From assembly GCA_026984045.1 (NCBI GenBank), contig JALSSV010000020.1:7076-71075 (forward strand): a stretch of 64,000 bases of DNA, written 5' to 3'. The stretch is from Chromatiales bacterium (GTDB lineage: Bacteria; Pseudomonadota; Gammaproteobacteria; UBA6429; Thiohalophilaceae). Numbering within the stretch: the first letter of the stretch is position 1; the number at the start of each line of letters is the position of its first letter. This document shows positions 1 to 13,362 of this stretch, piece after piece. The notes beneath the pieces were generated by a model. It was not told the origin of the DNA. It searched no databases and saw only the letters and a program-made list of their open reading frames with translations. The position numbers and the translations under genes were made by a program.

Positions 1-694
1 GCAGGCTGTCGTCATGGCTGTGGCTGCCGGAGACCACCTCGAGGCCCGCTCCGCCCAGTTCCCGGAAGGCCCCCAGCAACTGGCGCAGGCGGGTGGCGCT
101 GAACCGGTAACGGGCCGGATGGGCGATCACGGCCAGACCGCCGGCCCCCCGGATCCAGCCCAAGGCCTCCTCCAGGCTGGCCCACTGGCCCGGCACGTGG
201 CCCGGCTTGCCCTTGACCAGATAGCGGCGGAACACCTGACGCACGTCCCTGGCATGACCCTCTTCCACCAGAAACCGGGCGAAATGGGTGCGGCTGAGGA
301 TGGCGCCCTTGCAGAAGCGACGGGCGCCCTCCAGGGCACCGGGGATGCCGTGCTTCTCCAGGCGCCGGGCGATTTCGGCCGCCCGCCAGTCGCGAAATTC
401 GCGCAGGCGCGCCGTGCCGGCGGCCAGATCGGGATCCGCCGGATCGATGCCGAGCCCCACGATGTGCACCGTCTGGTGGCTCCAGGTGACCGACAGCTCG
501 ATGCCGGGCACGAAGCCCAGCCCGGTGCGGCGGGCCTCGGCCGCCGCCTCGGCCAGCCCGGCGGTGGCATCGTGGTCGGTCAGGGCCAGCACGTCCACCC
601 CCCGGGTGGCGGCACGACGGACCACTGCAGCCGGGGCAAGCGTGCCGTCGGAGGCAGTGGAATGGCAGTGGAGATCGTGGCACGGCGTGGGCAT
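1..694 (-). CDS. trpH: PHP-domain phosphoesterase, TrpH/YciV family (3' end runs off the window)
   Basis: Absent from the ORF track because it is open-ended. My translation from ATG (692-694, minus) gives MPTPCHDLHCHSTASDGTLAPAAVVRRAATRGVDVLALTDHD..., with the HxH and DH metal motifs of PHP/TrpH proteins. Neighbourhood with yciB/yciI fits. Confidence 0.8.
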   Translation of the reverse strand, partial: MPTPCHDLHCHSTASDGTLAPAAVVRRAATRGVDVLALTDHDATAGLAEAAAEARRTGLGFVPGIELSVTWSHQTVHIVGLGIDPADPDLAAGTARLREFRDWRAAEIARRLEKHGIPGALEGARRFCKGAILSRTHFARFLVEEGHARDVRQVFRRYLVKGKPGHVPGQWASLEEALGWIRGAGGLAVIAHPARYRFSATRLRQLLGAFRELGGAGLEVVSGSHSHDDSL

Positions 695-801
695 CACGGC
701 ATTATACCGGCAAACCGGTCTCTGTCGGGGATTGTCGGCTGTGGTAAAGTGGCGGCCGGTTTTTCCGTTTTCACTGCGACAGGACCGCTTCAAACCCGCC
801 C

Positions 802-1536
802 ATGGCCCAAGCCAACCTGGACATCGATCTGCCGGAGCTGATTCAGGCCATGCTGGACGTGTGCGCCACCCTGCAGCAGACCGCCGAGCACAATCAATCG
901 GCGGTGCCCCTGCCACCGCTGGCGCCGGTGTGCGAAAGCCTTCGCCATTTCACGGCGCTGCTCGAGCATCTGGAGCAACCCTCACCCGCCGGCAAGGGCG
1001 ACAACGATTTTCGCGAACTGTCCCGGACCGGCTTCACCCTGCTCGAACAACTGCTGGCCTGGGCCGATGCCCTGAACTCCCGCGACATGCGCGAGGCCCT
1101 GGACGAGATCATCGTCACCTGGGGCGTCTGGGCCGCCCGCCACCTGGGGCCATTGCCGCTGGCGGAACCCTTGGTGGATTCACTGTCCAAGGTTGCCAAC
1201 AGCCACCAGGATCCGGCCTTTCTCGCGGAACTGACCCACGTCTACCGGGAAATCGTCGAGGCAGTGGATCCGGCTTTTCGCGCCGACCGGGATCACCGCC
1301 ATCCGGCCCGCCCCTGGCGGATCCTCAATCTCAACTACGGCATCGTGGCCACCCGCAGCCACGAGCCGGAGATCATGGAACAGGCCTTCGAGCAACTCCT
1401 GCACCGGCTGCCCGAGGACGCGCCGGGCTTCTTCGAGGAAGGCATGCAGCAGATGGAGGCCAGCGGCTATCCCGAGCACGTGCGGCGGATCATGGAAAAA
1501 TACTACCGGCTGACCAACAATCCCACCCTGCACTGA
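802..1536 (+). CDS. hypothetical protein (244 aa, acidic, helical)
   Basis: Clean ATG ORF with high GC3 that fills the gap between trpH and yciB. No family recognised. Confidence 0.55.
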   Translation: MAQANLDIDLPELIQAMLDVCATLQQTAEHNQSAVPLPPLAPVCESLRHFTALLEHLEQPSPAGKGDNDFRELSRTGFTLLEQLLAWADALNSRDMREALDEIIVTWGVWAARHLGPLPLAEPLVDSLSKVANSHQDPAFLAELTHVYREIVEAVDPAFRADRDHRHPARPWRILNLNYGIVATRSHEPEIMEQAFEQLLHRLPEDAPGFFEEGMQQMEASGYPEHVRRIMEKYYRLTNNPTLH

Positions 1537-1549
1537 CTTTTCCCTGCCC

Positions 1550-2245
1550 ATGAAACTGCTTTTCGACTTCTTCCCCATCCTGCTGTTCTTCCTTGCCTAC
1601 AAGCTTTACGGCATCTACGTGGCCACGGGCGTGGCCATGGGCGCTTCGCTGCTGCAGGTGGGAGTGTACTGGCACCGCCACCGGCGCTTCGAGAAGATGC
1701 ATCTGATCACCCTGGCCGTGATCATGGTGCTCGGTGGCGCCACCCTGCTGTTCGAGAACAAGACCTTCATCATGTGGAAACCCACGGCGGTGAACTGGGC
1801 CTTCGGCCTGGCCTTTCTGGCCAGCCACTTCGTGGGTGAACGGACCCTGGTGGAGCGCATGATGGGTCATGCCATCGATGTGCCGCCCCACGTGTGGAAG
1901 CGACTCAATTTCAGCTGGGTGGTGTTCTTCGTGCTCATGGGGCTGGCCAACCTGTACGTGGCCGGCTTCTACTTCGAGGCCGAACGGGCCCTGTTCGCCG
2001 CGGCCGGCACGGCGCTGGACGTGGATACCTGCCTGAACACCCAGCAGGGCGAGCTGTTGCGCCTGTGCCAACGGGCCCACGCTGCCGAGGAGAACTGGGT
2101 CAACTTCAAGCTGTTCGGCATGCTGGGGCTGACCATCGTCTTCATTCTCGGTCAGGCCGTGTACTTGGCCCGTCACGCCAAACCGGTGGAATCCGATGCC
2201 AGGGAGACACCGGCCACGGAACTCGAGGCGGAAAAGGAGCACTAA
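1550..2245 (+). CDS. yciB: inner-membrane septation protein YciB (IspZ) with internal ~37-aa insertion and C-terminal tail
   Basis: MKLLFDFFPILLFFLAYKLYGIY...WVNFKLFG is collinear with E. coli YciB along its length, except for extra residues ~140-182. Confidence 0.85.
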   Translation: MKLLFDFFPILLFFLAYKLYGIYVATGVAMGASLLQVGVYWHRHRRFEKMHLITLAVIMVLGGATLLFENKTFIMWKPTAVNWAFGLAFLASHFVGERTLVERMMGHAIDVPPHVWKRLNFSWVVFFVLMGLANLYVAGFYFEAERALFAAAGTALDVDTCLNTQQGELLRLCQRAHAAEENWVNFKLFGMLGLTIVFILGQAVYLARHAKPVESDARETPATELEAEKEH

Positions 2246-2545
2246 ATGCTGTACGCCATCATCGCCGAAGATCACGAAGACAGCCTTGAGCGTCGCCTGG
2301 CGGCGCGGCCGGACCACCTCGCCCGGCTCGAGTCCCTGCGGGACGAGGGTCGCCTGATCCTGGCCGGCCCCCATCCGGCCATCGACAGCGAGGACCCCGG
2401 TCCGGCCGGCTTCAGCGGCTCGCTGGTGGTGGCCGAGTTTTCTTCCCTCGAGGAAGCCCGCGCCTGGGCAGACGCCGATCCCTACGTGGCCGCCGGCGTC
2501 TATGCCCGGGTGACCGTCAAACCCTTCAGGAAAGTGCTGCCCTGA
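2246..2545 (+). CDS. yciI: YciI-like protein
   Basis: 99 aa, [28 protein letters not shown]...GRLILAGP, typical YciI fold family. Lies immediately after yciB, as in many proteobacteria. Confidence 0.8.
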   Translation: MLYAIIAEDHEDSLERRLAARPDHLARLESLRDEGRLILAGPHPAIDSEDPGPAGFSGSLVVAEFSSLEEARAWADADPYVAAGVYARVTVKPFRKVLP

Positions 2546-2583
2546 AATCCCTTACCATCCGTCAACTCAGGAATCCAAGACAC

Positions 2584-3390
2584 ATGCACAAGACGACACG
2601 CACCCTCCTCGCCGCCGGCCTGCTCCTGGCCCTGCCTCTGGCCGCCCCCGTCCAGGCCGCGGAAGACAAGCCCGTGGCCATGGTCAACGGCAAACCCATC
2701 CCCCAGAAGGTCTACGAGATGTATCTGCGCCAGCGCCAGCGGGAAGCCGGCAAGAGCCACCAGACCGTCAATCGCGAACAGGTCATCAATGAACTGGTAA
2801 ATCGGGAACTGCTGTACCAGGACGCCGTGAAGAACGGCGTTGGCAAGAACCCGGACGTGCAGTTCGCCATCGAACAGATGAAACGCAACATCCTGATCCA
2901 GGCCAACGTCCAGCGGCTGAGCAAGCAGCATCCCCTCTCGGATGCCGATGTGAAGAAGGAATACGACAAGGCCGTAAAGGCCATGAGCGGTCAGGAATAC
3001 AAGGCCCGTCACATCCTGCTCAAGAACGAGGACGAGGCCAAGGCCGTGATCAAGGAACTGGACAACGGCGCCGTCTTCGCCGACGTGGCCAAGGCCAAGT
3101 CCACTGGTCCGAGCGCCAGCGAAGGCGGCGACCTGGGCTGGTTCAAGCCCGATCAGATGGTCCCGGAATTCGCCAATGCCGTAAAGAAACTCAAGAAAGG
3201 CCAGTACACCCGCAAGCCGGTGAAGACCCAGTTCGGCTGGCACGTGATCAAGCTGGAAGACACCCGCAAGGCCGTCCCGCCGGCCTATGATCAGGTCAAG
3301 GGTCAGCTCAAGTCGATGATGCGCACCAAGCAGCTTCAGGAATACGTCGGCAAGCTGCGCCAGCAGGCCAAGGTGGAGATCAAGAAGTAG
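2584..3390 (+). CDS. periplasmic PpiC/parvulin-type peptidyl-prolyl isomerase
   Basis: Signal peptide (LLAAGLLLALPLAAPVQA) followed by a parvulin core: ARHILLKNEDEAKAVIKEL...GGDLGWF...FGWHVIKLED. Confidence 0.85.
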   Translation: MHKTTRTLLAAGLLLALPLAAPVQAAEDKPVAMVNGKPIPQKVYEMYLRQRQREAGKSHQTVNREQVINELVNRELLYQDAVKNGVGKNPDVQFAIEQMKRNILIQANVQRLSKQHPLSDADVKKEYDKAVKAMSGQEYKARHILLKNEDEAKAVIKELDNGAVFADVAKAKSTGPSASEGGDLGWFKPDQMVPEFANAVKKLKKGQYTRKPVKTQFGWHVIKLEDTRKAVPPAYDQVKGQLKSMMRTKQLQEYVGKLRQQAKVEIKK

Positions 3391-3411
3391 CACATCGCCA
3401 CATCGGTCGCG

Positions 3412-3442
3412 AAAAGGGGATGCCGCAGCATCCCCTTTTTGT
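3412..3442 (+). terminator. bidirectional rho-independent terminator between convergent ppiC-like and SYLF genes
   Basis: AAAAGGGGATGC-CGCA-GCATCCCCTTTTTGTTT: 8-bp GC stem flanked by an A-run and a T-run. Confidence 0.6.
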
Positions 3443-3520
3443 TTGGTGCCGACCTGTCGGGATGACCCTATTGCCGGTTCTCCCCCTGATGCGGGCCGGC
3501 TACGCTGCGCTCGAGCCGGC

Positions 3521-4063
3521 CTACCGCGGTTTGAAGGTGAACGACTGGCCGCCAATGGAGGCCTCGTACATCAGGCCGCCCTTGGTCATGGTGAACACGG
3601 CCACGCCGTTGCTGTAGTCGGCCTTGGCGGAGGCACCGGCGGTGATGGCCACGGCCGAGGCTTCGGCGCTGAATTCGAGTTGCTCCGACTTGAAACGATC
3701 GAGGGCGGCCTTGTCCTTGAAGAAGATGAGTTCGGCAAACACCTGCCCGCCGAGTTGGAAGCCGATGGTGGCCTGAAACAGTTTGGCCCGGCCGATGACC
3801 TTGCCCTTGCGATAGACCAGACCGCTGCCGTAGGCCCCGCCGATCCCGATCCCGCCCTTGCCCACGTGGGGGAAGATCGCCCAGGCGTAGGCCGCATCGA
3901 AGAACCGTTTGAGCCCCGGATCCTTCTTCAGGAACAGGGCCTTGGCCTGCTCGGCAGCCTTGCGTTCCTTTTCCGTCTTGCCAGGATCCCAGCCTGCCTG
4001 GGTCTGAAAGGTCAGGCTCAGCAGCAGCAACGCCAGCAGGGCACGCAGAAAGGGGGTGTTCAT
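3521..4063 (-). CDS. SYLF (DUF500/Ysc84-like) lipid-binding domain protein, secreted
   Basis: Signal peptide, then GKGGIGIGGAYGSGLVY...GFQLGGQ...FTMTKGGLMYEASIGGQSF, the glycine-rich repeats typical of SYLF domains. Confidence 0.7.
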   Translation of the reverse strand: MNTPFLRALLALLLLSLTFQTQAGWDPGKTEKERKAAEQAKALFLKKDPGLKRFFDAAYAWAIFPHVGKGGIGIGGAYGSGLVYRKGKVIGRAKLFQATIGFQLGGQVFAELIFFKDKAALDRFKSEQLEFSAEASAVAITAGASAKADYSNGVAVFTMTKGGLMYEASIGGQSFTFKPR

Positions 4064-4153
4064 AGCGATACTCTCCTCGGGAAAACGAGCATGGAACCAC
4101 GGCGCGTTGCAAGAACAGCGCCCGCGGGATCGGATGCCGGATCAATCGTCAAT

Positions 4154-6918
<2,765 letters not shown>

Positions 6919-6980
6919 GCCGTCTCGCCTCCCGGTCGGTATTTAGGAATGGTCGAATATCCAATCCGTCTCAGATACAT

Positions 6981-7067
6981 CCTTGATGCCGGAGAGGCGT
7001 TTCGTGACACACCGTGTATACATCCCTGTAGGCTCGACGGTCACGAAACGCCTCTCCGGCATCAAGG
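6981..7067. repeat. hairpin repeat element, family R1 copy 1 (28-bp perfect arms, 31-nt GTAG loop)
   Basis: CCTTGATGCCGGAGAGGCGTTTCGTGAC / GTCACGAAACGCCTCTCCGGCATCAAGG read directly. The loop ACACCGTGTATACATCCCTGTAGGCTCGACG is a shortened version of the cores at 28455-28506 and 60407-60458. Confidence 0.8.
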
Positions 7068-7121
7068 ACTTTGTGCCTACCCGAACAGGCTGCCATTCAG
7101 CATGGCCCCCAGCACAAAAGA

Positions 7122-10100
7122 TCAGACCGCCGCCATTTCCACGGCTTCGTCGATGTCCACTGCCACCATGCGGGAGACGCCCGGTTCGTGCATGGTGACG
7201 CCGATCAGGTGTTCGGCGATCTCCATGGTGATCTTGTTGTGGGTGATGAAGATGAACTGGGTGCGATCCGACATCGCCTTCACCATGTCGCAGAAGCGAC
7301 CCACGTTGGCATCGTCCAGCGGCGCGTCCACCTCGTCGAGCATGCAGAAGGGCGCGGGATTCAGCTCGAAGATGGCGAACACCAGGGCCACGGCGGTCAG
7401 CGCCTTCTCGCCACCCGAAAGCAGGTGGATGGTGCTGTTGCGCTTGCCCGGCGGGCGGGCCATCACGGTCACGCCGGTGTCCAGCAACTCCTCGCCGGTC
7501 AGCTCCAGGTAGGCATGGCCACCCCCGAACAGGCGCGGGAAGAGGCGTTTGAGCCCGGCGTTGACCTTGTCGTAGGTCTCCTTGAAGCGGGTCCGGGTCT
7601 CGCGGTCGATCTTGGCGATGGCCGCCTCCAGGGTGGCCAGGGCCTCGGTGAGATCGGCATGCTGGGCGTCGAGGTATTCCTTGCGTTCCGACTGCTGCTC
7701 GTATTCCTCGATGGCGGCCAGGTTGATGGGGCCGAGACGGGTGATGCGGTTCTCCAGCTCCTCCACCCGTGCCTGCCAGGCCGCCTCGCTGGCCTCCTCC
7801 GGCATTTCCTGGAGCAGGGAACCGAGTTCGAATTCCGATTCACGGATCTGCTCCTCCAGGGTCTGACGCCGAACCTTCACCTCCTGCTGATGGAGGCGGA
7901 TCTGCTCCAGGCGTTCACGGACTGTCTGCACATCCTGTTCGGCACGGCTTCGGGCCTCCTCGAGCTGGCGCATCTCGTGTTCGACGGCCTGCAACTGCTG
8001 ACGGGCCTCGGTCAGCTCCGTCTCCACTCCGACGCGCTGCTCGAGCAGGGTTTCCAGTTCCCGGTTCATCTCCGCCAGGGGTTCGTCGCTCCCGGCCAGG
8101 GCCTTCTCCAGTTCCTCGCGTCGGCGTTGCTCCTGTTCCAGCCGGGCCTCAAGACGTTCCAGGGCCTGACGGGTGGAGTGCAGTTCGGTTTCCAGGGTCT
8201 GGGCCTGGAGGCGGATTTCGTGGGCCTGATTGCGGGCTTCCTGGGCGCGGCCACGAGCCACCTCCAGCGCTTCACGCAACTGTTCGCGCCGGGCGGACAG
8301 CGCCTGGCGCTGCTGCTCCAGATCGCCCATCCGACCCACGGCCCCTTCGAGGGTCTGGCGGGCGGCCTGCAGGGCCTCGTTGTCGGCTGCCATCTGACCA
8401 CGCAGCTCGTGCAATTCGCTTTCCAGCCTGTCGTGCCGGGCGCGGGCCTGGGCCAGCTGGCTCTGGCGATGCTGCAGGCGTGACTGGGCCTCGGCATGGA
8501 TGCGATTGGCCTGGTTGAAGGCGGCCTGCACGCTGTCGCGTTCCATCTCCAGTTCCTGCAGACGGCGGCGTTCCGCCTCGAGCTGTTCCTGGCTCTGCAG
8601 CACCTCGCGGGAGAGACCTTCGATTTCCGCGGCCAGGGCCTTGAGTTCCTGTTCCCGGCGCAGGATGCCGGCCCGGGCATCGGTTTCGCGCACCACCCGC
8701 AGCCAGTTGGGGCCAAGCCAGATCCCGTCCCGGGTCACCACCGACTCGCCGGCGGCGAGCCGTGGGCGCAGGGCCAGCGCTTCGGAGAGGGTTTCGGCCA
8801 GATACACGCCGCCGATCAAGGGCGCCAGCGACCAGGGCGCGCGCACCTTGTCGGCCAGGCGCGGAGCCTTGTCATGGGTCACCGTGACCGCCGGCGCGGC
8901 CTGGGTGTCGAACAGGTTCAGGGCCCCTTCGGCGAACTCGCCGAGCACGCCAGCCAGGGGATCGACGCCTTCCACGCAGACCGCTTCGAGATGGCTGCCC
9001 AGCACACACTCGGCGGCCTGCTCCCAACCGCCTTCCACCTCCAGCTCCTCGGCCAGGCGCGGGGCATCCTGCAGGTGCTCGCGGCTCAGCCACTGGCTCA
9101 CGGCGCCCTCCTCCTTGCCCAGGGCCGCCTGCTGCAGGGCCTCGAGGGAGGCGCTGCGGCCACGCAGATCCTGAAGCCGGCCGCGCAGCTCGTCGAGCTG
9201 CTGGCTGCGCTGATGGCTGGAGTCGCGCAGCTCGGCGATCCGCGCTTGGTGGGTCTCCAGGGCCGCGCGGGCCTGCTCCACCTGCTGCTCGCTCTCGGCC
9301 AGTTTGCGCTCGAGTTCCTCGATTTCCCGTTCAATGTGTTCGGGTGCGGTTTCGGCCAGCTCCCGCTGCAATTTCTCGCCTCGCTCTCGGAGCTGTTCGA
9401 GACGCTGCTCGAGATGCTGGATCCGGGTGCGCTCCACTTCGGCCTGCCGCGCCGGTTCCGAGGCCTGGCGGTTGAATTCCTCCCATTCGACCTGCCAGGC
9501 CTGCATGGCCGCCTCGGCTTCGCTCAGGGCCTCGGCCGCCGCTTCGGCCTGCTGCTCGCTGCGTTCCCGCTCGGGGCGCAGGGCCTGCAGTCGTGCTTCC
9601 AGTTCGGCGATGCGCTGCTGGTCCTGTTCCAGATGCTGGCGGGTCGCCTCCCCGTCACGGGTCAGTTGCGCCAGATCCTGCTGCTGCTGGGCCCGGCGTT
9701 CGCGGGCATGCTGGATGGATTGCTCCAGGCGGGCGATGTCGGAACCCACGCTGTAGTAGCGGCTCTGCACCTCGTTGAGCCGGTCGTGGGCCTCGCTTTG
9801 CTGGGCGCGCTGTTTCTCGATCCCCGCCTCGAGGGCACGCAGTCGGGCGATGGCCTCTTCCTGGGCATTCTCCTGCTCGCGCAGGGCGGCCTCCTCGCGG
9901 CGGGCTTGCTCATCCAGTACCTTCCAGCGCAGGGCCTGGAGCTGGGCCCGCACCAGCCGCTCCTCGGCCTTGAGCGTCTTGTAGCGCTCGGCGGTGGCGG
10001 CCTGGCGCTTGAGGCGGGCGAGCTGCTTGTCCAGCTCGTCGCGCAGATCGTTGAGCCGTTCCAGGTTCTCGCGGGTGTGGCGCATGCGGTTCTCGGTCTC

Positions 10101-10634
10101 GCGCCGCCGCTCCTTGTACTTGGAGATGCCCGCGGCCTCCTCGAGAAAGACCCGCAGCTCTTCGGGTTTGGCCTCGATGATCCGCGAGATGGTGCCCTGC
10201 TCGATGATCGAATAGCTGCGCGGGCCGAGCCCCGTGCCGAGGAAGATATCGGTGATGTCGCGCCGCCGGCAGCGGGTGCCGTTGAGGTGATAGATCGACT
10301 GGCCGTCGCGGCTCACCGTGCGCTTGATGGATATCTCGTTGTAGTTGGCGTACTGCCCGCCCAGGGAGCCGTCGCTGTTGTCGAACACCAGCTCGATGCT
10401 GGCCTGACCCACCGGCTTGCGCGCCGAGGAGCCGTTGAAGATCACGTCGGCCATGGAGTCACCACGCAGGTGCTTGGCGGAGGACTCCCCCATCACCCAG
10501 CGCACCGCGTCGATGATGTTGGACTTGCCACAACCGTTCGGCCCCACGATGCCGATCAGATTGCCCGGCATGGGGATGCTGGTGGGATCGACGAAAGACT
10601 TGAATCCGGCGAGTTTGAGCTTGGTCAGTCGCAT
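7122..10634 (-). CDS. smc: chromosome segregation protein SMC
   Basis: [30 protein letters not shown] (Walker A), long coiled coils, hinge, C-terminal [19 protein letters not shown]. Track ORF trimmed to the ATG at 10634. Confidence 0.95.
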   Translation of the reverse strand: MRLTKLKLAGFKSFVDPTSIPMPGNLIGIVGPNGCGKSNIIDAVRWVMGESSAKHLRGDSMADVIFNGSSARKPVGQASIELVFDNSDGSLGGQYANYNEISIKRTVSRDGQSIYHLNGTRCRRRDITDIFLGTGLGPRSYSIIEQGTISRIIEAKPEELRVFLEEAAGISKYKERRRETENRMRHTRENLERLNDLRDELDKQLARLKRQAATAERYKTLKAEERLVRAQLQALRWKVLDEQARREEAALREQENAQEEAIARLRALEAGIEKQRAQQSEAHDRLNEVQSRYYSVGSDIARLEQSIQHARERRAQQQQDLAQLTRDGEATRQHLEQDQQRIAELEARLQALRPERERSEQQAEAAAEALSEAEAAMQAWQVEWEEFNRQASEPARQAEVERTRIQHLEQRLEQLRERGEKLQRELAETAPEHIEREIEELERKLAESEQQVEQARAALETHQARIAELRDSSHQRSQQLDELRGRLQDLRGRSASLEALQQAALGKEEGAVSQWLSREHLQDAPRLAEELEVEGGWEQAAECVLGSHLEAVCVEGVDPLAGVLGEFAEGALNLFDTQAAPAVTVTHDKAPRLADKVRAPWSLAPLIGGVYLAETLSEALALRPRLAAGESVVTRDGIWLGPNWLRVVRETDARAGILRREQELKALAAEIEGLSREVLQSQEQLEAERRRLQELEMERDSVQAAFNQANRIHAEAQSRLQHRQSQLAQARARHDRLESELHELRGQMAADNEALQAARQTLEGAVGRMGDLEQQRQALSARREQLREALEVARGRAQEARNQAHEIRLQAQTLETELHSTRQALERLEARLEQEQRRREELEKALAGSDEPLAEMNRELETLLEQRVGVETELTEARQQLQAVEHEMRQLEEARSRAEQDVQTVRERLEQIRLHQQEVKVRRQTLEEQIRESEFELGSLLQEMPEEASEAAWQARVEELENRITRLGPINLAAIEEYEQQSERKEYLDAQHADLTEALATLEAAIAKIDRETRTRFKETYDKVNAGLKRLFPRLFGGGHAYLELTGEELLDTGVTVMARPPGKRNSTIHLLSGGEKALTAVALVFAIFELNPAPFCMLDEVDAPLDDANVGRFCDMVKAMSDRTQFIFITHNKITMEIAEHLIGVTMHEPGVSRMVAVDIDEAVEMAAV

Positions 10635-10816
10635 CCGTGCAAGATACAGGATCCGGGGCGCCAGCCACAAGATTGACAAGTATGCAGGGACGAGGAAAGA
10701 CGGGGCTTTCCACTTTACCACCCTTTCGCATCCGTGAACGGCATCACAAGTCTTCCTCCCGCGCTCCTCGTCCCCGACCCTCGCCACCGTGCCTGAAGTC
10801 GGCTATCATCCGCGCC

Positions 10817-11206
10817 ATGCCGACCCAGCCGACCAAGCAACTCGAGACCTTCGACAACCCGATGCCGGAGCGGGACTACACCATCCGCATCGAGGTGCCG
10901 GAGTTCACCTGCCTGTGCCCGAAGACCGGGCAGCCCGATTTCGCCACCTTGTACATCGAGTATGTGCCCGACCGCCAGTGTGTGGAGCTCAAGTCGCTGA
11001 AGCTCTACGTCTGGTCCTACCGGGACGAGGGCGCCTTCCACGAAAAGGTCACCAACACCATCCTCGACGACCTGGTGGCCGCCACCGCGCCCCGCTTCAT
11101 GCGCCTGACGGCGAAGTTCAACGTGCGCGGCGGGATCTATACCACGGTGGTGGCCGAACACCGCCAGAGCGGCTGGCAGCCCCCCGAGCCCGTCACCCTG
11201 CCCTAG
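10817..11206 (+). CDS. queF: NADPH-dependent 7-cyano-7-deazaguanine (preQ0) reductase, unimodular type
   Basis: [23 protein letters not shown]...[10 protein letters not shown]...FHE, the catalytic Cys and QueF motif. 129 aa from the ATG at 10817. Confidence 0.9.
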   Translation: MPTQPTKQLETFDNPMPERDYTIRIEVPEFTCLCPKTGQPDFATLYIEYVPDRQCVELKSLKLYVWSYRDEGAFHEKVTNTILDDLVAATAPRFMRLTAKFNVRGGIYTTVVAEHRQSGWQPPEPVTLP

Positions 11207-11219
11207 CCCAAACCGCTCG

Positions 11220-12602
11220 GTGGCATCCTCCTCGTCCCTCGGCTCTGGCTTCCTGCTTCGCCCTGCCTCCCGCCTCCCTGCGCTCGTCGTCCCGCGTTCC
11301 TCGCCCCTGTTCCTGGGCATCGACGTGGGCACCTCGGGGGTGCGCCTGATGCTCCGTGACTGCGACGATGCACTCATCGCCAGCGTGCGTGAGCCCCTGC
11401 CGCCGGGGCACCGCCGGGGAGCGGCCTCGGAACAGGACCCGGAACACTGGTGGCGGGCGCTGGTGACGGCCTGCCGCCGCCTGCCGCCCGCGCCACGGGC
11501 CCGGATCGCCGCGCTGGCCATCGACGGCACTTCAGGCACGGTACTGCTGACCGATGCCGCGGGCCGTCCCCTGCATCCGGCCCTGATGTACGACGATGCC
11601 CGCGCGCAGGAGGAGGCCGAAGCCCTGCGCGCCGTGGCGCCCGCCGACAGCCCGGCCCGCGGCCCCGCCACGGGGCTGGCGCGTCTGCTGTGGCTGGCGA
11701 AGCAACCCTTCGCCCGGCACGCCCGTCATGCCCTGCATCAGGCCGACTGGCTGCTCGGCCGCCTCGCCGGCCGCTTCGGTGACACGGATCCCAACAACGC
11801 CCTCAAGACCGGCTACGACCCGCTCGCCCGGCGCTGGCCCGCCTGGCTGGAGAAAACCGATCTGCCGCCGGAATGGCTGCCCCGGGTGCACCCGGCCGGC
11901 ACCCCCTTGGCCCGGATCGCGCCGGTGATGGCGGCGGAACTGGGCCTGCCCGAATCCACCCTGCTGGTGGCCGGCACCACCGACAGCACCGCAGCCTTCC
12001 TGGCCACCGGCGCCCGCGAGCCCGGCGAGGCGGTCACCTGCCTGGGCTCAACCCTGGTGCTCAAGGTCCTCTGCGCACGGCCGGTGGCGGCACCCGAATA
12101 CGGGATCTACAGCCAGCCGCTGGGCGAGCGCTGGCTGGCCGGGGGCGCCTCCAACTGCGGCGGCGCGGTGCTGCGCCGCTTCTTCAGCGACGCCCGCCTG
12201 CGCGAACTGGAACCGCGCCTGTGCCCGGAACGGTCCACCGGATTGCAGTACACTCCCCTGCCGGGGATCGGCGAACGCTTTCCGGTCAACGATCCCACCC
12301 TGGCGCCGGTGCTCGAGCCCCGGCCCGACGACGACGCCGTCTTCCTTCAGGGCCTGCTGGAGAGCCTGGCGGAAGTGGAACGGGAGGGCTACCGGCGGCT
12401 GGCCGCCTGCGGCGCGCCCTGGCCGGCGTCGATCCGCACCACCGGCGGCGGGGCCGGCAACCGGGCCTGGACGGCAATCCGCGCCGCGCGCCTTGGCGTG
12501 CCACTGCTGCCCGCCGAACAGACCGAAGCGGCCTGGGGCGCAGCCGGTCTCGCCCGCGAGGGATGGCTACGCAAGAAAGAACAAGGAGAACAGGACGCAT
12601 GA
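11220..12602 (+). CDS. FGGY-family carbohydrate kinase
   Basis: FLGIDVGTSGVR N-terminal actin-fold motif and C-terminal GGGAGNRAW. The only in-frame start upstream of the motif is GTG 11220, which gives a ~30-aa N-terminal extension. Confidence 0.8.
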   Translation: MASSSSLGSGFLLRPASRLPALVVPRSSPLFLGIDVGTSGVRLMLRDCDDALIASVREPLPPGHRRGAASEQDPEHWWRALVTACRRLPPAPRARIAALAIDGTSGTVLLTDAAGRPLHPALMYDDARAQEEAEALRAVAPADSPARGPATGLARLLWLAKQPFARHARHALHQADWLLGRLAGRFGDTDPNNALKTGYDPLARRWPAWLEKTDLPPEWLPRVHPAGTPLARIAPVMAAELGLPESTLLVAGTTDSTAAFLATGAREPGEAVTCLGSTLVLKVLCARPVAAPEYGIYSQPLGERWLAGGASNCGGAVLRRFFSDARLRELEPRLCPERSTGLQYTPLPGIGERFPVNDPTLAPVLEPRPDDDAVFLQGLLESLAEVEREGYRRLAACGAPWPASIRTTGGGAGNRAWTAIRAARLGVPLLPAEQTEAAWGAAGLAREGWLRKKEQGEQDA

Positions 12603-13339
12603 ACACCCCCAGCAACAATCCCGTGACCGGCGCCGGCTATTTCCTGCGTGGCCTGACGCTCATCGGCCAGCCCCGCATCCGGCGCTTCGTGATCCTGCCG
12701 CTTGTCATCAACGTGCTGATCTTCGCCGGCCTCATCGTCCTGGCCTGGGGCCAGTTCGGGCACTTCGTGGACTGGCTGATGCCCAACCTGCCCGACTGGC
12801 TGGCCTGGCTCTCCTGGCTGCTGTGGGTGGTGTTCGGCCTGATGGCCTTCATCGTGATCTTCTTCGCCTTCAGCATTCTGGCCAATCTGGTGGGCGCGCC
12901 CTTCAACGGCTACCTGGCCGCGGCCGTGGAACGCCACCTCACCGGAAACAATCCCCCCGGCTCCGATCGCCCCTTCCTACAGGAGTTCACGCTGGCGCTG
13001 CTGGGCGAGCTGCGCAAGATCGGCTATTTCCTGCTCTTCGCCATCCCCCTGCTGATCCTCAACTTCATCCCGCTCCTGAACCTGGCAGCGCCCGTCCTCT
13101 GGGCCCTGTTCGGCGCCTGGATGCTGAGCCTGGAATACCTCGACTACCCTCTCGCCAACCACGGCCTCACCTTCCCCGAGATCCGCCAGCGACTGCGCCG
13201 CCAGCGCTTCCTCGGCCTTGGCTTCGGCGCCGCCGTGATGCTCGCCACGCTGATCCCGGTGTTCAACTTCCTCGTCATGCCCATCGCCGTGGCCGGCGCC
13301 ACCGCCCTGCGTGTGGAGCGCATGCCGCTGGATGGTTGA
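12599..13339 (+). CDS. cysZ: sulfate transporter CysZ
   Basis: GAGYFLRGLTLIGQPRIRRFVILPLVINVLIF...ANLVGAPFNGYLAAAVE is collinear with E. coli CysZ. The ATG overlaps the kinase stop (ATGA). Confidence 0.85.
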   Translation: MNTPSNNPVTGAGYFLRGLTLIGQPRIRRFVILPLVINVLIFAGLIVLAWGQFGHFVDWLMPNLPDWLAWLSWLLWVVFGLMAFIVIFFAFSILANLVGAPFNGYLAAAVERHLTGNNPPGSDRPFLQEFTLALLGELRKIGYFLLFAIPLLILNFIPLLNLAAPVLWALFGAWMLSLEYLDYPLANHGLTFPEIRQRLRRQRFLGLGFGAAVMLATLIPVFNFLVMPIAVAGATALRVERMPLDG

Positions 13340-13362
13340 ACCCTTGCCAACGCATTGCTGCC

